A DNA stretch of 60,879 nucleotides, counting the filler, from Nemertoderma westbladi (Eukaryota > Animalia > Xenacoelomorpha), in NCBI GenBank assembly GCA_032718475.1. It is 3 parts of 3 records of this genome, joined end to end, with 100 filler letters (N's around TTAATTAATTAA, not from the genome) between each part and the next. Parts side by side here need not be neighbours in the genome. Positions count along the whole stretch, not along the records: positions 1 to 23,489 come from JAUCBJ010005205.1; 2 more parts are not named here. One strand, written 5' to 3'. This document shows, piece after piece, positions 1 through 15,000 of the stretch; position 1 is the first letter of the stretch, and each line of letters opens with the position of its first letter. A program made the position numbers and the translations under genes. The notes below the pieces were generated by a model that did no database searches, was not told the origin of the DNA, and saw nothing but the letters and a program-made list of their open reading frames with translations.

Positions 1-3000
1 AACTCCTCCTTGCGGGAGATCGTTTATATAGAGTAGAAACAATAAGGGCGAGAGAACTCCTCCTTGCGGGAGATCGTTTATATAGAGTAGAAACAATAAG
101 GGCGAGAGAACTCCTCCTTGCGGGAGATCGTTTATATAGAGTAGAAACAATAAGGGCGAGAGAACTCCTCCTTGCGGGAGATCGTTTATATAGAGTAGAA
201 ACAATAAGGGCGAGAGAACTCCTCCTTGCGGGAGATCGTTTATATAGAGTAGAAACAATAAGGGCGAGAGAACTCCTCCTTGCGGGAGATCGTTTATATA
301 GAGTAGAAACAATAAGGGCGAGAGAACTCCTCCTTGCGGGAGATCGTTTATATAGAGTAGAAACAATAAGGGCGAGAGAACTCCTCCTTGCGGGAGATCG
401 TTTATATAGAGTAGAAACAATAAGGGCGAGAGAACTCCTCCTTGCGGGAGATCGTTTATATAGAGTAGAAACAATAAGGGCGAGAGAACTCCTCCTTGCG
501 GGAGATCGTTTATATAGAGTAGAAACAATAAGGGCGAGAGAACTCCTCCTTGCGGGAGATCGTTTATATAGAGTAGAAACAATAAGGGCGAGAGAACTCC
601 TCCTTGCGGGAGATCGTTTATATAGAGTAGAAACAATAAGGGCGAGAGAACTCCTCCTTGCGGGAGATCGTTTATATAGAGTAGAAACAATAAGGGCGAG
701 AGAACTCCTCCTTGCGGGAGATCGTTTATATAGAGTAGAAACAATAAGGGCGAGAGAACTCCTCCTTGCGGGAGATCGTTTATATAGAGTAGAAACAATA
801 AGGGCGAGAGAACTCCTCCTTGCGGGAGATCGTTTATATAGAGTAGAAACAATAAGGGCGAGAGAACTCCTCCTTGCGGGAGATCGTTTATATAGAGTAG
901 AAACAATAAGGGCGAGAGAACTCCTCCTTGCGGGAGATCGTTTATATAGAGTAGAAACAATAAGGGCGAGAGAACTCCTCCTTGCGGGAGATCGTTTATA
1001 TAGAGTAGAAACAATAAGGGCGAGAGAACTCCTCCTTGCGGGAGATCGTTTATATAGAGTAGAAACAATAAGGGCGAGAGAACTCCTCCTTGCGGGAGAT
1101 CGTTTATATAGAGTAGAAACAATAAGGGCGAGAGAACTCCTCCTTGCGGGAGATCGTTTATATAGAGTAGAAACAATAAGGGCGAGAGAACTCCTCCTTG
1201 CGGGAGATCGTTTATATAGAGTAGAAACAATAAGGGCGAGAGAACTCCTCCTTGCGGGAGATCGTTTATATAGAGTAGAAACAATAAGGGCGAGAGAACT
1301 CCTCCTTGCGGGAGATCGTTTATATAGAGTAGAAACAATAAGGGCGAGAGAACTCCTCCTTGCGGGAGATCGTTTATATAGAGTAGAAACAATAAGGGCG
1401 AGAGAACTCCTCCTTGCGGGAGATCGTTTATATAGAGTAGAAACAATAAGGGCGAGAGAACTCCTCCTTGCGGGAGATCGTTTATATAGAGTAGAAACAA
1501 TAAGGGCGAGAGAACTCCTCCTTGCGGGAGATCGTTTATATAGAGTAGAAACAATAAGGGCGAGAGAACTCCTCCTTGCGGGAGATCGTTTATATAGAGT
1601 AGAAACAATAAGGGCGAGAGAACTCCTCCTTGCGGGAGATCGTTTATATAGAGTAGAAACAATAAGGGCGAGAGAACTCCTCCTTGCGGGAGATCGTTTA
1701 TATAGAGTAGAAACAATAAGGGCGAGAGAACTCCTCCTTGCGGGAGATCGTTTATATAGAGTAGAAACAATAAGGGCGAGAGAACTCCTCCTTGCGGGAG
1801 ATCGTTTATATAGAGTAGAAACAATAAGGGCGAGAGAACTCCTCCTTGCGGGAGATCGTTTATATAGAGTAGAAACAATAAGGGCGAGAGAACTCCTCCT
1901 TGCGGGAGATCGTTTATATAGAGTAGAAACAATAAGGGCGAGAGAACTCCTCCTTGCGGGAGATCGTTTATATAGAGTAGAAACAATAAGGGCGAGAGAA
2001 CTCCTCCTTGCGGGAGATCGTTTATATAGAGTAGAAACAATAAGGGCGAGAGAACTCCTCCTTGCGGGAGATCGTTTATATAGAGTAGAAACAATAAGGG
2101 CGAGAGAACTCCTCCTTGCGGGAGATCGTTTATATAGAGTAGAAACAATAAGGGCGAGAGAACTCCTCCTTGCGGGAGATCGTTTATATAGAGTAGAAAC
2201 AATAAGGGCGAGAGAACTCCTCCTTGCGGGAGATCGTTTATATAGAGTAGAAACAATAAGGGCGAGAGAACTCCTCCTTGCGGGAGATCGTTTATATAGA
2301 GTAGAAACAATAAGGGCGAGAGAACTCCTCCTTGCGGGAGATCGTTTATATAGAGTAGAAACAATAAGGGCGAGAGAACTCCTCCTTGCGGGAGATCGTT
2401 TATATAGAGTAGAAACAATAAGGGCGAGAGAACTCCTCCTTGCGGGAGATCGTTTATATAGAGTAGAAACAATAAGGGCGAGAGAACTCCTCCTTGCGGG
2501 AGATCGTTTATATAGAGTAGAAACAATAAGGGCGAGAGAACTCCTCCTTGCGGGAGATCGTTTATATAGAGTAGAAACAATAAGGGCGAGAGAACTCCTC
2601 CTTGCGGGAGATCGTTTATATAGAGTAGAAACAATAAGGGCGAGAGAACTCCTCCTTGCGGGAGATCGTTTATATAGAGTAGAAACAATAAGGGCGAGAG
2701 AACTCCTCCTTGCGGGAGATCGTTTATATAGAGTAGAAACAATAAGGGCGAGAGAACTCCTCCTTGCGGGAGATCGTTTATATAGAGTAGAAACAATAAG
2801 GGCGAGAGAACTCCTCCTTGCGGGAGATCGTTTATATAGAGTAGAAACAATAAGGGCGAGAGAACTCCTCCTTGCGGGAGATCGTTTATATAGAGTAGAA
2901 ACAATAAGGGCGAGAGAACTCCTCCTTGCGGGAGATCGTTTATATAGAGTAGAAACAATAAGGGCGAGAGAACTCCTCCTTGCGGGAGATCGTTTATATA

Positions 3001-6000
3001 GAGTAGAAACAATAAGGGCGAGAGAACTCCTCCTTGCGGGAGATCGTTTATATAGAGTAGAAACAATAAGGGCGAGAGAACTCCTCCTTGCGGGAGATCG
3101 TTTATATAGAGTAGAAACAATAAGGGCGAGAGAACTCCTCCTTGCGGGAGATCGTTTATATAGAGTAGAAACAATAAGGGCGAGAGAACTCCTCCTTGCG
3201 GGAGATCGTTTATATAGAGTAGAAACAATAAGGGCGAGAGAACTCCTCCTTGCGGGAGATCGTTTATATAGAGTAGAAACAATAAGGGCGAGAGAACTCC
3301 TCCTTGCGGGAGATCGTTTATATAGAGTAGAAACAATAAGGGCGAGAGAACTCCTCCTTGCGGGAGATCGTTTATATAGAGTAGAAACAATAAGGGCGAG
3401 AGAACTCCTCCTTGCGGGAGATCGTTTATATAGAGTAGAAACAATAAGGGCGAGAGAACTCCTCCTTGCGGGAGATCGTTTATATAGAGTAGAAACAATA
3501 AGGGCGAGAGAACTCCTCCTTGCGGGAGATCGTTTATATAGAGTAGAAACAATAAGGGCGAGAGAACTCCTCCTTGCGGGAGATCGTTTATATAGAGTAG
3601 AAACAATAAGGGCGAGAGAACTCCTCCTTGCGGGAGATCGTTTATATAGAGTAGAAACAATAAGGGCGAGAGAACTCCTCCTTGCGGGAGATCGTTTATA
3701 TAGAGTAGAAACAATAAGGGCGAGAGAACTCCTCCTTGCGGGAGATCGTTTATATAGAGTAGAAACAATAAGGGCGAGAGAACTCCTCCTTGCGGGAGAT
3801 CGTTTATATAGAGTAGAAACAATAAGGGCGAGAGAACTCCTCCTTGCGGGAGATCGTTTATATAGAGTAGAAACAATAAGGGCGAGAGAACTCCTCCTTG
3901 CGGGAGATCGTTTATATAGAGTAGAAACAATAAGGGCGAGAGAACTCCTCCTTGCGGGAGATCGTTTATATAGAGTAGAAACAATAAGGGCGAGAGAACT
4001 CCTCCTTGCGGGAGATCGTTTATATAGAGTAGAAACAATAAGGGCGAGAGAACTCCTCCTTGCGGGAGATCGTTTATATAGAGTAGAAACAATAAGGGCG
4101 AGAGAACTCCTCCTTGCGGGAGATCGTTTATATAGAGTAGAAACAATAAGGGCGAGAGAACTCCTCCTTGCGGGAGATCGTTTATATAGAGTAGAAACAA
4201 TAAGGGCGAGAGAACTCCTCCTTGCGGGAGATCGTTTATATAGAGTAGAAACAATAAGGGCGAGAGAACTCCTCCTTGCGGGAGATCGTTTATATAGAGT
4301 AGAAACAATAAGGGCGAGAGAACTCCTCCTTGCGGGAGATCGTTTATATAGAGTAGAAACAATAAGGGCGAGAGAACTCCTCCTTGCGGGAGATCGTTTA
4401 TATAGAGTAGAAACAATAAGGGCGAGAGAACTCCTCCTTGCGGGAGATCGTTTATATAGAGTAGAAACAATAAGGGCGAGAGAACTCCTCCTTGCGGGAG
4501 ATCGTTTATATAGAGTAGAAACAATAAGGGCGAGAGAACTCCTCCTTGCGGGAGATCGTTTATATAGAGTAGAAACAATAAGGGCGAGAGAACTCCTCCT
4601 TGCGGGAGATCGTTTATATAGAGTAGAAACAATAAGGGCGAGAGAACTCCTCCTTGCGGGAGATCGTTTATATAGAGTAGAAACAATAAGGGCGAGAGAA
4701 CTCCTCCTTGCGGGAGATCGTTTATATAGAGTAGAAACAATAAGGGCGAGAGAACTCCTCCTTGCGGGAGATCGTTTATATAGAGTAGAAACAATAAGGG
4801 CGAGAGAACTCCTCCTTGCGGGAGATCGTTTATATAGAGTAGAAACAATAAGGGCGAGAGAACTCCTCCTTGCGGGAGATCGTTTATATAGAGTAGAAAC
4901 AATAAGGGCGAGAGAACTCCTCCTTGCGGGAGATCGTTTATATAGAGTAGAAACAATAAGGGCGAGAGAACTCCTCCTTGCGGGAGATCGTTTATATAGA
5001 GTAGAAACAATAAGGGCGAGAGAACTCCTCCTTGCGGGAGATCGTTTATATAGAGTAGAAACAATAAGGGCGAGAGAACTCCTCCTTGCGGGAGATCGTT
5101 TATATAGAGTAGAAACAATAAGGGCGAGAGAACTCCTCCTTGCGGGAGATCGTTTATATAGAGTAGAAACAATAAGGGCGAGAGAACTCCTCCTTGCGGG
5201 AGATCGTTTATATAGAGTAGAAACAATAAGGGCGAGAGAACTCCTCCTTGCGGGAGATCGTTTATATAGAGTAGAAACAATAAGGGCGAGAGAACTCCTC
5301 CTTGCGGGAGATCGTTTATATAGAGTAGAAACAATAAGGGCGAGAGAACTCCTCCTTGCGGGAGATCGTTTATATAGAGTAGAAACAATAAGGGCGAGAG
5401 AACTCCTCCTTGCGGGAGATCGTTTATATAGAGTAGAAACAATAAGGGCGAGAGAACTCCTCCTTGCGGGAGATCGTTTATATAGAGTAGAAACAATAAG
5501 GGCGAGAGAACTCCTCCTTGCGGGAGATCGTTTATATAGAGTAGAAACAATAAGGGCGAGAGAACTCCTCCTTGCGGGAGATCGTTTATATAGAGTAGAA
5601 ACAATAAGGGCGAGAGAACTCCTCCTTGCGGGAGATCGTTTATATAGAGTAGAAACAATAAGGGCGAGAGAACTCCTCCTTGCGGGAGATCGTTTATATA
5701 GAGTAGAAACAATAAGGGCGAGAGAACTCCTCCTTGCGGGAGATCGTTTATATAGAGTAGAAACAATAAGGGCGAGAGAACTCCTCCTTGCGGGAGATCG
5801 TTTATATAGAGTAGAAACAATAAGGGCGAGAGAACTCCTCCTTGCGGGAGATCGTTTATATAGAGTAGAAACAATAAGGGCGAGAGAACTCCTCCTTGCG
5901 GGAGATCGTTTATATAGAGTAGAAACAATAAGGGCGAGAGAACTCCTCCTTGCGGGAGATCGTTTATATAGAGTAGAAACAATAAGGGCGAGAGAACTCC

Positions 6001-9000
6001 TCCTTGCGGGAGATCGTTTATATAGAGTAGAAACAATAAGGGCGAGAGAACTCCTCCTTGCTGGAGATCGTTTATATAGAGTAGAAACAATAAGGGCGAG
6101 AGAACTCCTCCTTGCGGGAGATCGTTTATATAGAGTAGAAACAATAAGGGCGAGAGAACTCCTCCTTGCGGGAGATCGTTTATATAGAGTAGAAACAATA
6201 AGGGCGAGAGAACTCCTCCTTGCGGGAGATCGTTTATATAGAGTAGAAACAATAAGGGCGAGAGAACTCCTCCTTGCGGGAGATCGTTTATATAGAGTAG
6301 AAACAATAAGGGCGAGAGAACTCCTCCTTGCGGGAGATCGTTTATATAGAGTAGAAACAATAAGGGCGAGAGAACTCCTCCTTGCGGGAGATCGTTTATA
6401 TAGAGTAGAAACAATAAGGGCGAGAGAACTCCTCCTTGCTGGGAGATCGTTTATATAGAGTAGAAACAATAAGGGCGAGAGAACTCCTCCTTGCGGGAGA
6501 TCGTTTATATAGAGTAGAAACAATAAGGGCGAGAGAACTCCTCCTTGTGGGAGATCGTTTATATAGAGTAGAAACAATAAGGGCGAGAGAACTCCTCCTT
6601 GCGGGAGATCGTTTATATAGAGTAGAAACAATAAGGCGAGAGAACTCCTCCTTGCGGGAGATCGTTTATATAGAGTAGAAACAATAAGGGCGAGAGAACT
6701 CCTCCTTGTGGGAGATCGTTTATATAGAGTAGAAACAATAAGGGCGAGAGAACTCCTCCTTGCGGGAGATCGTTTATATAGAGTAGAAACAATAAGGGCG
6801 AGAGAACTCCTCCTTGCGGGAGATCGTTTATATAGAGTAGAAACAATAAGGGCGAGAGAACTCCTCCTTGTGGGAGATCGTTTATATAGAGTAGAAACAA
6901 TAAGGGCGAGAGAACTCCTCCTTGCGGGAGATCGTTTATATAGAGTAGAAACAATAAGGGCGAGAGAACTCCTCCTTGCGGGAGATCGTTTATATAGAGT
7001 AGAAACAATAAGGGCGAGAGAACTCCTCCTTGCGGGAGATCGTTTATATAGAGTAGAAACAATAAGGGCGAGAGAACTCCTCCTTGTGGGAGATCGTTTA
7101 TATAGAGTAGAAACAATAAGGGCGAGAGAACTCCTCCTTGCGGGAGATCGTTTATATAGAGTAGAAACAATAAGGGCGAGAGAACTCCTCCTTGTGGGAG
7201 ATCGTTTATATAGAGTAGAAACAATAAGGGCGAGAGAACTCCTCCTTGCGGGAGATCGTTTATATAGAGTAGAAACAATAAGGGCGAGAGAACTCCTCCT
7301 TGTGGGAGATCGTTTATATAGAGTAGAAACAATAAGGGCGAGAGAACTCCTCCTTGCGGGAGATCGTTTATATAGAGTAGAAACAATAAGGGCGAGAGAA
7401 CTCCTCCTTGCGGGAGATCGTTTATATAGAGTAGAAACAATAAGGGCGAGAGAACTCCTCCTTGCGGGAGATCGTTTATATAGAGTAGAAACAATAAGGG
7501 CGAGAGAACTCCTCCTTGCGGGAGATCGTTTATATAGAGTAGAAACAATAAGGGCGAGAGAACTCCTCCTTGCGGGAGATCGTTTATATAGAGTAGAAAC
7601 AATAAGGGCGAGAGAACTCCTCCTTGTGGGAGATCGTTTATATAGAGTAGAAACAATAAGGGCGAGAGAACTCCTCCTTGCGGGAGATCGTTTATATAGA
7701 GTAGAAACAATAAGGGCGAGAGAACTCCTCCTTGTGGGAGATCGTTTATATAGAGTAGAAACAATAAGGGCGAGAGAACTCCTCCTTGCGGGAGATCGTT
7801 TATATAGAGTAGAAACAATAAGGGCGAGAGAACTCCTCCTTGTGGGAGATCGTTTATATAGAGTAGAAACAATAAGGGCGAGAGAACTCCTCCTTGCGGG
7901 AGATCGTTTATATAGAGTAGAAACAATAAGGGCGAGAGAACTCCTCCTTGCGGGAGATCGTTTATATAGAGTAGAAACAATAAGGGCGAGAGAACTCCTC
8001 CTTGCGGGAGATCGTTTATATAGAGTAGAAACAATAAGGGCGAGAGAACTCCTCCTTGCTGGAGATCGTTTATATAGAGTAGAAACAATAAGGGCGAGAG
8101 AACTCCTCCTTGCTGGAGATCGTTTATATAGAGTAGAAACAATAAGGGCGAGAGAACTCCTCCTTGCGGGAGATCGTTTATATAGAGTAGAAACAATAAG
8201 GGCGAGAGAACTCCTCCTTGCGGGAGATCGTTTATATAGAGTAGAAACAATAAGGGCGAGAGAACTCCTCCTTGCGGGAGATCGTTTATATAGAGTAGAA
8301 ACAATAAGGGCGAGAGAACTCCTCCTTGCTGGAGATCGTTTATATAGAGTAGAAACAATAAGGGCGAGAGAACTCCTCCTTGCGGGAGATCGTTTATATA
8401 GAGTAGAAACAATAAGGGCGAGAGAACTCCTCCTTGTGGGAGATCGTTTATATAGAGTAGAAACAATAAGGGCGAGAGAACTCATCCTTGCGGGAGATCG
8501 TTTATATAGAGTAGAAACAATAAGGGCGAGAGAACTCCTCCTTGCGGGAGATCGTTTATATAGAGTAGAAACAATAAGGGCGAGAGAACTCCTCCTTGTG
8601 GGAGATCGTTTATATAGAGTAGAAACAATAAGGGCGAGAGAACTCCTCCTTGCTGGAGATCGTTTATATAGAGTAGAAACAATAAGGGCGAGAGAACTCC
8701 TCCTTGTGGGAGATCGTTTATATAGAGTAGAAACAATAAGGGCGAGAGAACTCCTCCTTGCGGGAGATCGTTTATATAGAGTAGAAACAATAAGGGCGAG
8801 AGAACTCCTCCTTGCTGGAGATCGTTTATATAGAGTAGAAACAATAAGGGCGAGAGAACTCCTCCTTGCTGGAGATCGTTTATATAGAGTAGAAACAATA
8901 AGAGCGAGAGAACTCCTCCTTGTGGGAGATCGTTTATATAGAGTAGAAACAATAAGAGCAAGAGAACTCCTCCTTGCGGGAGATCGTTTATATAGAGTAG

Positions 9001-12000
9001 AAACAATAAGGGCGAGAGAACTCCTCCTTGCTGGAGATCGTTTATATAGAGTAGAAACAATAAGGGCGAGAGAACTCCTCCTTGTGGGAGATCGTTTATA
9101 TAGAGTAGAAACAATAAGGGCGAGAGAACTCCTCCTTGCTGGAGATCGTTTATATAGAGTAGAAACAATAAGAGCGAGAGAACTCCTCCTTGTGGGAGAT
9201 CGTTTATATAGAGTAGAAACAATAAGAGCAAGAGAATTCCTCCTTGCGGGAGATCGTTTATATAGAGTAGAAACAATAAGGGCGAGAGAACTCCTCCTTG
9301 CGGGAGATCGTTTATATAGAGTAGAAACAATAAGGGCGAGAGAACTCCTCCTTGCGGGAGATCGTTTATATAGAGTAGAAACAATAAGGGCGAGAGAACT
9401 CCTCCTTGCTGGAGATCGTTTATATAGAGTAGAAACAATAAGAGCGAGAGAACTCCTCCTTGTGGGAGATCGTTTATATAAAGTAGAAACAATAAGGGCG
9501 AGAGAACTCCTCCTTGCTGGAGATCGTTTATATAGAGTAGAAACAATAAGAGCGAGAGAACTCCTCCTTGTGGGAGATCGTTTATATAGAGTAGAAACAA
9601 TAAGAGCAAGAGAACTCCTCCTTGCGGGAGATCGTTTATATAGAGTAGAAACAATAAGGGCGAGAGAACTCCTCCTTGCTGGAGATCGTTTATATAGAGT
9701 AGAAACAATAAGGGCGAGAGAACTCCTCCTTGTGGGAGATCGTTTATATAGAGTAGAAACAATAAGGGCGAGAGAACTCCTCCTTGCTGGAGATCGTTTA
9801 TATAGAGTAGAAACAATAAGAGCGAGAGAACTCCTCCTTGTGGGAGATCGTTTATATAGAGTAGAAACAATAAGAGCAAGAGAACTCCTCCTTGCGGGAG
9901 ATCGTTTATATAGAGTAGAAACAATAAGGGCGAGAGAACTCCTCCTTGCGGGAGATCGTTTATATAGAATAGAAACAATAAGGGCGAGAGAACTCCTCCT
10001 TGTGGGAGATCGTTTATATAGAGTAGAAACAATAAGGGCGAGAGAACTCCTCCTTGCGGGAGATCGTTTATATAGAGTAGAAACAATAAGGGCGAGAGAA
10101 CTCCTCCTTGCGGGAGATCGTTTATATAGAGTAGAAACAATAAGGGCGAGAGAACTCCTCCTTGCTGGAGGAGATCGTTTATATAGAGTAGAAACAATAA
10201 GAGCGAGAGAACTCCTCCTTGTGGGAGATCGTTTATATAGAGTAGAAACAATAAGAGCAAGAGAACTCCTCCTTGCGGGAGATCGTTTATATAGAGTAGA
10301 AACAATAAGGGCGAGAGAACTCCTCCTTGCGGGAGATCGTTTATATAGAGTAGAAACAATAAGGGCGAGAGAACTCCTCCTTGCGGGAGATCGTTTATAT
10401 AGAGTAGAAACAATAAGGGCAAGAGAACTCCTCCTTGCGGGAGATCGTTTATATAGAGTAGAAACAATAAGGGCGAGAGAACTCCTCCTTGCTGGAGGAG
10501 ATCGTTTATATAGAGTAGAAACAATAAGGGCGAGAGAACTCCTCCTTGCTGGAGATCGTTTATATAGAGTAGAAACAATAAGAGCGAGAGAACTCCTCCT
10601 TGTGGGAGATCGTTTATATAGAGTAGAAACAATAAGAGCAAGAGAACTCCTCCTTGCGGGAGATCGTTTATATAGAGTAGAAACAATAAGGGCGAGAGAA
10701 CTCCTCCTTGCTGGAGATCGTTTATATAGAGTAGAAACAATAAGGGCGAGAGAACTCCTCCTTGTGGGAGATCGTTTATATAGAGTAGAAACAATAAGGG
10801 CGAGAGAACTCCTCCTTGCTGGAGATCGTTTATATAGAGTAGAAACAATAAGAGCGAGAGAACTCCTCCTTGTGGGAGATCGTTTATATAGAGTAGAAAC
10901 AATAAGAGCAAGAGAATTCCTCCTTGCGGGAGATCGTTTATATAGAGTAGAAACAATAAGGGCGAGAGAACTCCTCCTTGCGGGAGATCGTTTATATAGA
11001 GTAGAAACAATAAGGGCGAGAGAACTCCTCCTTGCGGGAGATCGTTTATATAGAGTAGAAACAATAAGGGCGAGAGAACTCCTCCTTGCTGGAGATCGTT
11101 TATATAGAGTAGAAACAATAAGAGCGAGAGAACTCCTCCTTGTGGGAGATCGTTTATATAAAGTAGAAACAATAAGGGCGAGAGAACTCCTCCTTGCTGG
11201 AGATCGTTTATATAGAGTAGAAACAATAAGAGCGAGAGAACTCCTCCTTGTGGGAGATCGTTTATATAGAGTAGAAACAATAAGAGCAAGAGAACTCCTC
11301 CTTGCGGGAGATCGTTTATATAGAGTAGAAACAATAAGGGCGAGAGAACTCCTCCTTGCTGGAGATCGTTTATATAGAGTAGAAACAATAAGGGCGAGAG
11401 AACTCCTCCTTGTGGGAGATCGTTTATATAGAGTAGAAACAATAAGGGCGAGAGAACTCCTCCTTGCTGGAGATCGTTTATATAGAGTAGAAACAATAAG
11501 AGCGAGAGAACTCCTCCTTGTGGGAGATCGTTTATATAGAGTAGAAACAATAAGAGCAAGAGAACTCCTCCTTGCGGGAGATCGTTTATATAGAGTAGAA
11601 ACAATAAGGGCGAGAGAACTCCTCCTTGCGGGAGATCGTTTATATAGAATAGAAACAATAAGGGCGAGAGAACTCCTCCTTGTGGGAGATCGTTTATATA
11701 GAGTAGAAACAATAAGGGCGAGAGAACTCCTCCTTGCGGGAGATCGTTTATATAGAGTAGAAACAATAAGGGCGAGAGAACTCCTCCTTGCGGGAGATCG
11801 TTTATATAGAGTAGAAACAATAAGGGCGAGAGAACTCCTCCTTGCTGGAGGAGATCGTTTATATAGAGTAGAAACAATAAGAGCGAGAGAACTCCTCCTT
11901 GTGGGAGATCGTTTATATAGAGTAGAAACAATAAGAGCAAGAGAACTCCTCCTTGCGGGAGATCGTTTATATAGAGTAGAAACAATAAGGGCGAGAGAAC

Positions 12001-15000
12001 TCCTCCTTGCGGGAGATCGTTTATATAGAGTAGAAACAATAAGGGCGAGAGAACTCCTCCTTGCGGGAGATCGTTTATATAGAGTAGAAACAATAAGGGC
12101 GAGAGAACTCCTCCTTGCGGGAGATCGTTTATATAGAGTAGAAACAATAAGGGCGAGAGAACTCCTCCTTGCTGGAGGAGATCGTTTATATAGAGTAGAA
12201 ACAATAAGAGCGAGAGAACTCCTCCTTGTGGGAGATCGTTTATATAGAGTAGAAACAATAAGAGCAAGAGAACTCCTCCTTGCGGGAGATCGTTTATATA
12301 GAGTAGAAACAATAAGGGCGAGAGAACTCCTCCTTGCGGGAGATCGTTTATATAGAGTAGAAACAATAAGGGCGAGAAAACTCCTCCTTGCGGGAGATCG
12401 TTTATATAGAGTAGAAACAATAAGGGCGAGAGAACTCCTCCTTGCGGGAGATCGTTTATATAGAGTAGAAACAATAAGGGCGAGAGAACTCCTCCTTGCG
12501 GGAGATCGTTTATATAGAGTAGAAACAATAAGGGCGAGAGAACTCCTCCTTGCGGGAGATCGTTTATATAGAGTAGAAACAATAAAGGCGAGAGAACTCC
12601 TCCTTGCGGGAGATCGTTTATATAGAGTAGAAACAATAAGGGCGAGAGAACTCCTCCTTGCGGGAGATCGTTTATATAGAGTAGAAACAATAAGGGCGAG
12701 AAAACTCCTCCTTGCGGGAGATCGTTTATATAGAGTAGAAACAATAAGGGCGAGAAAACTCCTCCTTGCGGGAGATCGTTTATATAGAGTAGAAACAATA
12801 AGGGTGAGAGAACTCCTCCTTGCGGGAGATCGTTTATATAGAGTAGAAACAATAAGGGCGAGAAAACTCCTCCTTGCGGGAGATCGTTTATATAGAGTAG
12901 AAACAATAAGGGCGAGAGAACTCCTCCTTGCGGGAGATCGTTTATATAGAGTAGAAACAATAAGGGCGAGAAAACTCCTCCTTGCGGGAGATCGTTTATA
13001 TAGAGTAGAAACAATAAGGGTGAGAGAACTCCTCCTTGTGGGAGATCGTTTATATAGAGTAGAAACAATAAGGGCGAGAGAACTCATCCTTGCGGGAGAT
13101 CGTTTATATAGAGTAGAAACAATAAGGGCGAGAGAACTCCTCCTTGCGGGAGATCGTTTATATAGAGTAGAAACAATAAGGGCGAGAGAACTCCTCCTTG
13201 CGGGAGATCGTTTATATAGAGTAGAAACAATAAGGGCGAGAGAACTCCTCCTTGCTGGAGATCGTTTATATAGAGTAGAAACAATAAGGGCGAGATAACT
13301 CCTCCTTGCGGGAGATCGTTTATATAGAGTAGAAACAATAAGGGCGAGAGAACTCCTTGTGGGAGATCGTTTATATAGAGTAGAAACAATAAGGGCGAGA
13401 GAACTCCTCCTTGCGGAAGATGGTTTATATAGAGTAGAAACAATAAGGGCGAGAGAACTCCTCCTTGCGGGAGATCGTTTATATAGAGTAGAAACAATAA
13501 GGGCGAGAGAACTCCTCCTTGTGGGAGATCGTTTATATAGAGTAGAAACAATAAGGGCGAGAGAACTCCTCCTTGCGGGAGATCGTTTATATAGAGTAGA
13601 AACAATAAGGGCGAGAGAACTCCTCCTTGTGGGAGATCGTTTATATAGAGTAGAAACAATAAGGGCGAGAGAACTCCTCCTTGCGGGAGATCGTTTATAT
13701 AGAGTAGAAACAATAAGGGCGAGAGAACTCCTCCTTGCGGGAGATCGTTTATATAGAGTAGAAACAATAAGGGTGAGAGAACTCCTACTTGCGGGAGATC
13801 GTTTATATAGAGTAGAAACAATAAGGGCGAGAGAACTCCTCCTTGCGGGAGATCTTTTATATAGAGTAGAAACAATAAGGGCGAGAGAACTCCTCCTTGC
13901 GGGAGATCGTTTATATAGAGTAGAAACAATAAGGGCGAGAGAACTCCTCCTTGCGGGAGATCGTTTATATAGAGTAGAAACAATAAGGGTGAGAGAACTC
14001 CTACTTGCGGGAGATCGTTTATATAGAGTAGAAACAATAAGGGCGAGAGAACTCCTCCTTGCGGGAGATCTTTTATATAGAGTAGAAACAATAAGGGCGA
14101 GAGAACTCCTCCTTGCGGGAGATCGTTTATATAGAGTAGAAACAATAAGGGCGAGAGAACTCCTCCTTGCGGGAGATCGTTTATATAGAGTAGAAACAAT
14201 AAGGGCGAGAGAACTCCTCCTTGCGGGAGATCGTTTATATAGAGTAGAAACAATAAGGGCGAGAGAACTCCTCCTTGCGGGAGATCGTTTATATAGAGTA
14301 GAAACAATAAGGGCGAGAGAACTCCTCCTTGCGGGAGATCGTTTATATAGAGTAGAAACAATAAGGGCGAGAGAACTCCTCCTTTCGGGAGATCGTTTAT
14401 ATAGAGTAGAAACAATAAGGGCGAGAGAACTCCTCCTTGCTGGAGATCGTTTATATAGAGTAGAAACAATAAGGGCGAGATAACTCCTCCTTGCGGGAGA
14501 TCGTTTATATAGAGTAGAAACAATAAGGGCGAGAGAACTCCTTGTGGGAGATCGTTTATATAGAGTAGAAACAATAAGGGCGAGAGAACTCCTCCTTGCG
14601 GGAGATCGTTTATATAGAGTAGAAACAATAAGGGCGAGAGAACTCCTCCTTGCGGGAGATCGTTTATATAGAGTAGAAACAATAAGGGTGAGAGAACTCC
14701 TACTTGCGGGAGATCGTTTATATAGAGTAGAAACAATAAGGGCGAGAGAACTCCTCCTTGCGGGAGATCGTTTATATAGAGTAGAAACAATAAGGGCGAG
14801 AGAACTCCTCCTTGCGGGAGATCTTTTATATAGAGTAGAAACAATAAGGGCGAGAGAACTCCTCCTTGCGGGAGATCGTTTATATAGAGTAGAAACAATA
14901 AGGGCGAGAGAACTCCTTGTGGGAGATCGTTTATATAGAGTAGAAACAATAAGGGCGAGAGAACTCCTCCTTGCGGGAGATCGTTTATATAGAGTAGAAA

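Noticed and set aside
6436-6640. Compensating +1/-1 indels as evidence of selection for reading frame
   Set aside because: It is a single event. The +1 looks like a hybrid of the GCT/GCG variants and the -1 shortens a G run, both typical consensus errors.
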